From: an uncultured virus (IMG/VR IMGVR_UViG_3300042013_000063)
Taxonomy: Duplodnaviria; Heunggongvirae; Uroviricota; Caudoviricetes
Length of the DNA stretch: 64,000 bases
Direction: 5' to 3' (one strand)
Virus record (IMG/VR): IMGVR_UViG_3300042013_000063
The position numbers were made by a program, and so were the translations under genes. Position 1 is the first letter of the stretch. The number at the start of each line of letters is the position of its first letter. Positions 56,790-64,000 of the stretch are shown here, piece after piece. Below the pieces are notes generated by a model that saw nothing but the letters and a program-made list of their open reading frames with translations, did not search any database and had not been told where the DNA came from.

Positions 56790-58142
56790 ATGAGTGAGAT
56801 GATCAGTGAGTCAGGAGCCGTCCGTGAACCCAACGAGATTGCAGCTTCCGACTTCAGCGATGCTCCAGCGCCAGCATTGTCGACCACAGACGACCCTGCA
56901 ATGATGGCTATCCCAGAGGTCTCGATGGAAGAAGCCGAAGAGATTCTGGAAGACACTGGCCCGATCTTGGGTGATCCAGAATCCGATGCTGAATTGGATC
57001 AGTTGCACGTCAGTCTGTCGAGTTCGCTCGAACAGTTGAACAGCGTGCGTCAAGAACTGCTCGATGCAGGGCACATCAACCGTTCCGAAGCAGCGATGTT
57101 GAAGAACCTGACGGCTTCCGCTGAATCGATCAGTGGCTTCTTCCAACGCATGCCGGTCTCCAGCTTTACTGAGATGGATTCTAAGGTTAACTACAGTGCC
57201 ACCTGCGAAAGCTTGGGCAAGTCGATCGTTGACACGGTGATCAACATCATCAAAACGATCTTCAAGTACATCGTGGCCATCGGTAAGTGGTTCATCTCCT
57301 TCCTCACTGGTCGCCGTCGTAAAGACCAGCTCAACGATCAAGCTGATAAGGCGGTCGAGAAGAAGAATCAGGAGCTGGACAAGAAGTCAGCGGAAGATCA
57401 CCTTGATGACCTGCGTGCTCAGCGCGTGGCAGATCGTAAGGTGCGTGTGGAGGCGGCCTCGAAGAAGCTGCAACCACTCTACACACGTCTGGTTGAACTG
57501 CTCATTGATCAACCTGCTGCGGGTCCTGGCGATCCATTGTGTCGCGATGAGTTAGTGGGCTTCGCTAATCTGTCGCAGTCGAAAGAGATCACCCAGCAGA
57601 TCAAAGAAGCGTCAGGCTGGAGTCACCAAGCGGTGATCAACGTCACTCACGAACAGTCGTACTTCATTAACTCGTACAGCACCATGGCTAAGGCGTATCC
57701 GAAGCTGAACTCACTCCCATTGAAAGACCTGTGCAACTATCCTGGTCTGCTCACTGTGCTCAGGACGTTCAAGTCGTACATTCAAGGCCTGTCTACTCAA
57801 AAGTCGAACGCCGAGATTGATGACCCTTGTCTTGAAGTCGTGCGCAAGTTCAACCAGAACACACCGCATGTCCGCTTCAACAGTTTGCTGGGTGTCATTG
57901 AGACCAACCTCAAGGTTAACGAAGACACCTTGAAGGCGATCGAAGCGAACACCGAGAAGATGAAGTCGGCTACCTGGGTACCAGATGACTTCTTCCCATC
58001 GCGTCAACGTGCTGCACAGCAAGTGAAAGACAAGCAACTGGTTCTGCAAGAGCTGGCACAGATTCAGGCCCTCTTGGCCGCTGCGCGTGATCGCAGTAGC
58101 CAGATCGCTCTCGAATACGCCCGCGCTCGCGGCGACTACTGA
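56790..58142 (+). CDS. putative internal head protein with acidic propeptide (gp86-like)
   Basis: GAGGT RBS; acidic N-terminus with SME/SLE/SAE/TCE candidate protease sites, then amphipathic helix. Confidence 0.7.
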   Translation: MSEMISESGAVREPNEIAASDFSDAPAPALSTTDDPAMMAIPEVSMEEAEEILEDTGPILGDPESDAELDQLHVSLSSSLEQLNSVRQELLDAGHINRSEAAMLKNLTASAESISGFFQRMPVSSFTEMDSKVNYSATCESLGKSIVDTVINIIKTIFKYIVAIGKWFISFLTGRRRKDQLNDQADKAVEKKNQELDKKSAEDHLDDLRAQRVADRKVRVEAASKKLQPLYTRLVELLIDQPAAGPGDPLCRDELVGFANLSQSKEITQQIKEASGWSHQAVINVTHEQSYFINSYSTMAKAYPKLNSLPLKDLCNYPGLLTVLRTFKSYIQGLSTQKSNAEIDDPCLEVVRKFNQNTPHVRFNSLLGVIETNLKVNEDTLKAIEANTEKMKSATWVPDDFFPSRQRAAQQVKDKQLVLQELAQIQALLAAARDRSSQIALEYARARGDY

Positions 58143-58148
58143 CGACAA

Positions 58149-58187
58149 CATAGAGCCCCGGAGCAGTGCGCTCCGGGGCTCTATGCC
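58149..58187. terminator. bidirectional terminator, near-copy of 32147-32186
   Basis: CATAGAGCCCCGGAGC-AGTGC-GCTCCGGGGCTCTATG between convergent genes. Confidence 0.85.
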
Positions 58188-58188
58188 G

Positions 58189-61134
58189 TTACTCAGGTAA
58201 TGCGTGGAGCTTGAACTGGATGTCGATACGGTCTTCGACACTGTACGTCTTGTTCGGCAACGAGACGAGCTTCTTACCGATCGTGATCCGGGAGGTATCA
58301 TCCGCCATGGACACAACACGATAATCCGCTACGCCACCGAGACCGGCAACGTCCACGCCAATCACGTCATCACCGCCAATCGCTTTAAGCTGGCGTTCAA
58401 TGGCGTCACGGGTGACCAGAGGTTCTCTCAACAACTCAGTGATGGTGCGACGAGTCGTGCGACGGATCTCTGCCTGTAGAGCCAAGTTCTCCGCAACCTT
58501 CTTGGTCACGTAGTACACGATCTCAAACGACTGAGCCGCTTCCATGGACATGATCTCAGAACTGTCCACAATCGCCTGCACACGCCCGATGGTTGCTTTC
58601 GGGTGGAACTTCAACTGCGTCTGCTCAAGTACCTTCTTGCGGATCGGAGCCAACGTGGTGTTGACCCACTCAACGATCTGCAATGGAACAGTGGTCTTGT
58701 AGTCGATGTCAGTCTGTGCAGTGGCGAAGTAGTACACCCCATCGAACAGACACAGTTCCACTTGACGGGTGATCGTGCGAGGAGACACCACAATCGGTAC
58801 ACCGTCTTGAAGCACGGTTTGACCAATGCGATGCAGCCAGTCCACGGTGATCCCATCTTCGAGGTACTTGATGTCACCAGCCTTGTGAGCGTAGATGACC
58901 ACCCAACGACCATCTGCATCCTTTTCCATCTGCAATGACTGGTCAGGGTTGCGAGCTGGTTCGTTCGCTGTGTAGCGCTTCGGAATATCTTCGTCGTACT
59001 TGAGGTAGGACTCTTCCCCGATCGTCGAACGAGCACGTGCCCAGAGGCCACTGAGTTCATAACCCAATGTCATGGTTACTTGTTCGTGGTACAGACCGGT
59101 GATTGGGTCATCGAAGAGGAACATCCCCATGTCCTGATCGACAGTCGTCAGGTCGCCGGTCTCCACAACGCCTGTCAACACACCGTAGAAGATGTCGAAC
59201 ACGTCGTTCAGTTTCACCGGATAAGGGTGAGGACTGATCCCATCAATTTCAAAGCCGTCCAAGTACAGCGAGTGTTCCTTGGTCCCGCCGTTGTAAGCCA
59301 CGTCCCATGTCGAATCGAACTGGAACTCGAAGATCCATTCCTTAGAGGAAGGGTCACGACCAATCAATGTACCGTTCTTGTAGCAACGCCCGGCTTCGCC
59401 CAGCGGCACGTAAGCCAATTGCGCTACGACTGCATCATCGTCCAACGCTTTCAGACTGTCCGTACTGTTGGTCATCACGCGCAACGCCCAACCATTGTCA
59501 GTACGACGCAGGTCATGCGAACTGCTGCTCACACCTACACCCAGTGTGCCGTTACTTGCTTTGTAGAACCGTCGAGTGATCTTAGGTTCGCCGAAGTAGT
59601 AAGGACGCACAGTGAAGACGTTGCCAGCAAAGTCATACACGTAATGGAACGGGGTGTAGAGGTACTGGCCGTTGGTCACCTTCTCAACCCGCAAGTCACC
59701 TTCCAAGGACAGGATGGCATCGCGTTCTTCAGAAGTGATGATGCTCAGGAAGCCACCTTCGTTCTTGTACAGGGTCGTTGGCAGGATGGTAATACGCTCA
59801 CCATTGTCCACCACGTCGGCTGAAGTCAGGATCTCGTTGGTGGTCTTCATCAACGTCACCACGTTACTGCCTACGCCGGTCGACACTTCAGCAATGTCTG
59901 GAGCAGGGAGTTCACGGGTGGCCAGATACAGACGAGTCGTCACGTTGTCCTGAACGGTAACGCAGCTGAAGCCGGCATCGGTCATGCGATCCAATTGCGA
60001 CTGGATCTGCACGTTGGTGATCGGCAGATCGATTGGCCCCAAGGCGTTGTTGATCACACGCTCTTTCAGCTTCTCGAAGGAGATCTCGTTCGAACCCCCA
60101 CTGGCAATCGTACTGGCCACAATGAAACCGTCGGTGATCGTAGCCACCGGCGCAGTGAACTTGCGCTTGTCGTCGTTGTTCAGGTCACGCCAGAATGGAA
60201 TGAACGAACCGGCTTCGTACGTCGACAGGTCGATCTCGAGCACACCCTTCGTCGAGTAGATGTCAATCCGCAGTTCACGGGTGACCATGCCAGTCGAGTA
60301 GTAGATCTGCGGGATGGAGACGTTGAGCTTATTGTCATCCAAGACGCGCAGCAAGGCGGTCGGTTCTTGTGGGTTGAAGACCTGATCACTGTGCGTGGTC
60401 TTGATCTCAGTCCACGTGCCATCCTCATTGGAGGTGTACACTCGGCAGTGATAATAACGATCATCGTAGCCGTAGGTCTTGTCGAACACCTTAGCGGCGG
60501 ATAGTGCGGTCGTGTAGCTCTTGAGGAGCATCTGGTACACAGGTACCGAGATCTGCACGTATTCCGAATTGCCGATGTTGTAGTTGTCGATAGCCCACTC
60601 AACGTTGTTCGTCTCCAATGTCTGGAGCGGACTGATGAGCGAGTTGTCGTACACGATCTGAAACCCACCGTGCGGCAGGATACGGATCTCAATCGGGTAT
60701 TGCAGAGTGAACGGGATTGCCCCGGCCATGACCTGAGTGTCACGTCCAATGACCAACTTGCGCACGCCACTGATACCCGTCGGTACGGACTTGGCAATCA
60801 ACTCATCTTTACTGAAGTTGAACACCAAGGTCGTGGTCGAAGGGTTTGCAAACGTACCGATGTAATCGGTCGTCGACATGTGGTGGTACAAGTCAGCACG
60901 GGTCTGGGCCAACTCAGGATACTGTTTCGAGACACTGATCTCGTTCTTACGAACGGCGTTCACGAACATGGTTGCTGCCATCTCGCCCAGATACACAAAT
61001 GCGTTACTGGCGTCGACGATCTCAACCTCACCCCCTCGCACTTTCTCGAGGAATTGGATGCTGCCTTTCTGAACAGCCATCGGGTTCAGTTTGGCCCTGT
61101 CGATCAACAGATCCAAATCAGATCTTGCTGCCAT
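58189..61134 (-). CDS. virion structural protein, putative baseplate wedge (gp87-like)
   Basis: 981 aa; SGGSNEISFEKLKERV...IT resembles the T4 gp6/baseplate-J GG.D.E motif; synteny. Confidence 0.7.
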   Translation of the reverse strand: MAARSDLDLLIDRAKLNPMAVQKGSIQFLEKVRGGEVEIVDASNAFVYLGEMAATMFVNAVRKNEISVSKQYPELAQTRADLYHHMSTTDYIGTFANPSTTTLVFNFSKDELIAKSVPTGISGVRKLVIGRDTQVMAGAIPFTLQYPIEIRILPHGGFQIVYDNSLISPLQTLETNNVEWAIDNYNIGNSEYVQISVPVYQMLLKSYTTALSAAKVFDKTYGYDDRYYHCRVYTSNEDGTWTEIKTTHSDQVFNPQEPTALLRVLDDNKLNVSIPQIYYSTGMVTRELRIDIYSTKGVLEIDLSTYEAGSFIPFWRDLNNDDKRKFTAPVATITDGFIVASTIASGGSNEISFEKLKERVINNALGPIDLPITNVQIQSQLDRMTDAGFSCVTVQDNVTTRLYLATRELPAPDIAEVSTGVGSNVVTLMKTTNEILTSADVVDNGERITILPTTLYKNEGGFLSIITSEERDAILSLEGDLRVEKVTNGQYLYTPFHYVYDFAGNVFTVRPYYFGEPKITRRFYKASNGTLGVGVSSSSHDLRRTDNGWALRVMTNSTDSLKALDDDAVVAQLAYVPLGEAGRCYKNGTLIGRDPSSKEWIFEFQFDSTWDVAYNGGTKEHSLYLDGFEIDGISPHPYPVKLNDVFDIFYGVLTGVVETGDLTTVDQDMGMFLFDDPITGLYHEQVTMTLGYELSGLWARARSTIGEESYLKYDEDIPKRYTANEPARNPDQSLQMEKDADGRWVVIYAHKAGDIKYLEDGITVDWLHRIGQTVLQDGVPIVVSPRTITRQVELCLFDGVYYFATAQTDIDYKTTVPLQIVEWVNTTLAPIRKKVLEQTQLKFHPKATIGRVQAIVDSSEIMSMEAAQSFEIVYYVTKKVAENLALQAEIRRTTRRTITELLREPLVTRDAIERQLKAIGGDDVIGVDVAGLGGVADYRVVSMADDTSRITIGKKLVSLPNKTYSVEDRIDIQFKLHALPE

Positions 61135-61136
61135 GT

Positions 61137-62270
61137 TTAGTTCCCCACGGTTGTTTGAATGCCCTGTGCACGGCTGACGGTATCGCCTTCCAGTTTGCCT
61201 TGGGTGTAATCAATGTAAACGTCGTTGTCTACCCACCATTCAAGCTCGTTGTCTTTCTCGAGATTGATCCATGGGAAACCACGGTAGTTGAAGAGTTTGC
61301 GTTCTTCTGGAGTGATCTTCTGCATCCGATCTTCACGGACGTCATCACCCATGTCGCCGTTGAACATGACCGTCGTCTTGTTGAATTCCCACAAGGTGAT
61401 TGGGTCATTGTATTCGGCCACGGTGCACGCAAACGGAATTTGAATGCTCTTGTTGGCTTCGCTGTACGGTAGGTCACGGTTGTAGTTGAACCCGGAACCA
61501 ATCGACAGACCGGTTGGGAAACCAGCGCCACATGCTGCCCACTTCTGGATGTAACGCCCAGACCAGTCCGTCAAGAACCGGTAAATTCGAGTGTTGTAAT
61601 CCATTTCAGTTTGCAGAATGCTGTAACCGGCAGCATGGATTTTCGTGCCCATATACACGCCACCGATGTAAAGAAGCCAAGCAAAGAAAGTCAATGATAT
61701 AGGATCGCCCAGCGTATTCTCGAAAGTACAGTCAAGGTCAAACCGACCGTTGATCTCGGCGATGGAGTCGTTCATCATCCAGACTTCTTTGGCCATACCT
61801 TCGTTACTGCTGTAAGCGTGAAGGGTCATATCCGGCCAGCCAGACATCGCGGTGAGTGAGTTACTCAACAGCGGCATAAAGGCATTACGGTTGTCGAACA
61901 GGGTTTTATCTCCTGCAATATCCGAGTTCTTTCCGTCGGGCCAAAGCATCCGGCGGATCACCCGGCTGTATGACGCAGGGATCTTACTGGCTAAAACCGA
62001 CAACTGACGGATCGCCATCACGTTATCGTATGACAGATTCAAGTTTGGACGTGTAAAAAACGTCAACCCTTGCATGTCAGTGTTGGCTGGCAGGGGGTTA
62101 CCTTGTTGACTCCGGTTGAATCCACCGAGGAGGTCATGGAACTGTGCTCCAGTAGACCCGTAACCCTGTTCGCGAGAGAGTCTCCGCATCAAAGCGTCGT
62201 CGCTATCGAACCCCCCGTTCTGGGCAATTACGTCCAGAACCTGTTTCATCAACTTATAATGGTCGTCCAT
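61137..62270 (-). CDS. virion structural protein (gp88-like), possibly tail-tube fold
   Basis: 377 aa; FFTRPNLNL motif; synteny. Confidence 0.65.
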   Translation of the reverse strand: MDDHYKLMKQVLDVIAQNGGFDSDDALMRRLSREQGYGSTGAQFHDLLGGFNRSQQGNPLPANTDMQGLTFFTRPNLNLSYDNVMAIRQLSVLASKIPASYSRVIRRMLWPDGKNSDIAGDKTLFDNRNAFMPLLSNSLTAMSGWPDMTLHAYSSNEGMAKEVWMMNDSIAEINGRFDLDCTFENTLGDPISLTFFAWLLYIGGVYMGTKIHAAGYSILQTEMDYNTRIYRFLTDWSGRYIQKWAACGAGFPTGLSIGSGFNYNRDLPYSEANKSIQIPFACTVAEYNDPITLWEFNKTTVMFNGDMGDDVREDRMQKITPEERKLFNYRGFPWINLEKDNELEWWVDNDVYIDYTQGKLEGDTVSRAQGIQTTVGN

Positions 62271-62302
62271 ACTTTCCCACCGCCTTAATAAAGGAATCTC
62301 TC

Positions 62303-63670
62303 ATGAACAAAACAGCCTCTCAGGAATCGCTGATTGTGCTCGGGGCTGCGGCTATCGGTGTCGTTGGTACCGCTGTTGCCAAAGCACTAATCGAAAAACT
62401 CGGTAACGATGCAGCTGGCAAGGTCATCGAAGGCACTAAGCAAGTGCTCAAGGCGAATCAAGGCTCCACCGATCTGGTTCGTGTCACACAATCTGCCCGT
62501 GTTGAACCGATTCTCTTGATGGACCAACGCGCTTCGACCGTTCCGTTCATTCAAGATGTTGTACATAGTCTGTACAACCTTTTCTGTGGCTATTGGTTGC
62601 TGTCCGTTTCCCTGGACACCACCATCAACGGCGTGAGCGTGGGTCGCCGTCTGGACAAGTTCGCCACTGACCGTGATCTGGCCGATGCGACTTCGTCGTA
62701 TCTGGACAGCAGCATGAACAGCGGTACCAAAGCGTCGATGGATTCGTTCGACATTGGTCTGCCATTTGCCAAGACCATTCTGCAAGCCAACTTCGAACAG
62801 TACCAGTCCGACATGCAGGCTGAGTTCGATGCGTACTCCGCTTCGATGGAAGCCGGTTACGATTGGGGCAAGAAGAAGCCTGACGGCACTCCATGGAACG
62901 AAGCGAACGATCCGAACGCCACTGTCGAATACGACCATGAGCGTAAAGCTCGTGAACAGGCTGAGAAAGATCGCGCCAATAACAAAGGCTCGAGCTCTCG
63001 TGTAGTTGATCCGGCCAAGGCCGTTCAGACTATCACCAACCTGGCCGTGGGTAACATCGTTGAAGTCGTGATCTCCGAAGACGGCAAAGAAGCCCGTGTT
63101 CCGGTCATGATCCGTCTGCGTGTTGCTGGCATGAATCCTAAAGCCATCGTCCAGACTCTGGCCGTTGGTGGTGTTGACATGTCCTTCCGCGGTCGCTGGA
63201 GAGCATGGCGTGCAGGCGAGCTGCGTTTCTGGTCTGACTTCGTAATGGCAATGGATCGCGTTGACGCGCACCGTGCTGCTTCGATGAACGATGAAACCGG
63301 TTACTACAAAACCGTCTACAACCGCGCTAAGCGTAATGGCCTGGCTGAGATCCTGACCCAAGGCCCATCGCTGGGCACTGCGTCTTCGATCATCGTGATC
63401 ACTCAACAGTCCGCTGATGAGTTGGAACGTGAGATCGGCGGTCAGCTGTCGAGCTTTAAAGTACGTCAAGGGATCTTCGGTCACACCTACAGCATGTTGC
63501 TGGCGGTAGTCGATCCAGATTGGGAATCCGTCACGATCTACACCCGTGGTATCGAGATGCCGACCAAACTGTCGAAGAACGACATGAAAGCGGCAGGCAA
63601 GTCCGACAGCAAAGAGCTGATGGACATCCTCAAATCGTACCAGCTGGGTAAAGCTCCTGGTCGTATCTAA
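62303..63670 (+). CDS. putative internal head protein (gp89-like)
   Basis: AAGGA RBS; ARVEP motif; ASQE and ASME candidate processing sites. Confidence 0.7.
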   Translation: MNKTASQESLIVLGAAAIGVVGTAVAKALIEKLGNDAAGKVIEGTKQVLKANQGSTDLVRVTQSARVEPILLMDQRASTVPFIQDVVHSLYNLFCGYWLLSVSLDTTINGVSVGRRLDKFATDRDLADATSSYLDSSMNSGTKASMDSFDIGLPFAKTILQANFEQYQSDMQAEFDAYSASMEAGYDWGKKKPDGTPWNEANDPNATVEYDHERKAREQAEKDRANNKGSSSRVVDPAKAVQTITNLAVGNIVEVVISEDGKEARVPVMIRLRVAGMNPKAIVQTLAVGGVDMSFRGRWRAWRAGELRFWSDFVMAMDRVDAHRAASMNDETGYYKTVYNRAKRNGLAEILTQGPSLGTASSIIVITQQSADELEREIGGQLSSFKVRQGIFGHTYSMLLAVVDPDWESVTIYTRGIEMPTKLSKNDMKAAGKSDSKELMDILKSYQLGKAPGRI

Positions 63671-63697
63671 CCCTTCGCACTTTAAAGGAAGACACTC

Positions 63698-64000
63698 ATG
63701 TCTCGTGTTCTTGATTTCCTGCGTAGCATCACTCCAACCTTCACCAAGGATGAAGTGAAAGAGAAACTGCGCCTCATCGCCCAGGCTCTCCAAAAGACCA
63801 TCCAGGTGTACCTGTCCGCTGTCGATGTATTCAACGGCGGTTACAAGTCCAAGGCCGGTCAGGACTTTGAAAGTTCGTTCAAGCGTCAAGTGCGCACCAA
63901 CTATCGGGGCAACCCGATTCAGGTGATCCAGCAAGTGCTTCAGAACATCAGTTCGTTGGGCGATCTGCTCTCCGGTCTGGTCGAGAAGAACTACAACAAG
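63698..64000 (+). CDS. putative head protein (gp90-like), 3'-truncated
   Basis: AAGGA RBS, ATG 63698, frame open to window end (MSRVLDFLRSITPTFTKDEVKE...). Confidence 0.65.
   Translation, partial: MSRVLDFLRSITPTFTKDEVKEKLRLIAQALQKTIQVYLSAVDVFNGGYKSKAGQDFESSFKRQVRTNYRGNPIQVIQQVLQNISSLGDLLSGLVEKNYNK

Noticed and set aside
1..64000. Stop-codon reassignment (alternative genetic code)
   Set aside because: Core genes are full-length under the standard code and TAA, TAG and TGA all end genes.

Overview
This 64-kb window is an internal segment of a nucleus-forming, phiKZ-like jumbo phage genome (Chimalliviridae type), cut inside genes at both ends. It holds the conserved core block: split family-B DNA polymerase (two halves ~45 kb apart on opposite strands), chimallin (ChmA), four non-virion RNA polymerase subunits, an Mre11/SbcD nuclease, ChmC, the nuclear import factor PicA/Imp1, an SF2 helicase, a virion RNAP beta' fragment and the start of the virion structural block. 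Family names and phiKZ gene-number equivalents come from motif recognition plus gene order recalled from memory; no database search was run. The accessory region at ~40.9-53.0 kb has the most unusual content: a second full-length divergent PicA paralog; a promoter-to-terminator unit of several structured RNAs, including a tRNA-shaped RNA with an extended anticodon arm, flanked by a PTP-like phosphatase and a minimal nucleotidyltransferase; and a macro-domain gene. Other highlights are a probable programmed -1 frameshift (T TTT TTT at 40363-40369), a 1263-aa protein built of ~11-12 Trp-rich repeats, a chain of small likely paralogous genes that each overlap the next in the +1 frame, a free-standing HNH endonuclease, and phage-specific promoter and terminator motifs. 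RNA folds were paired by eye.
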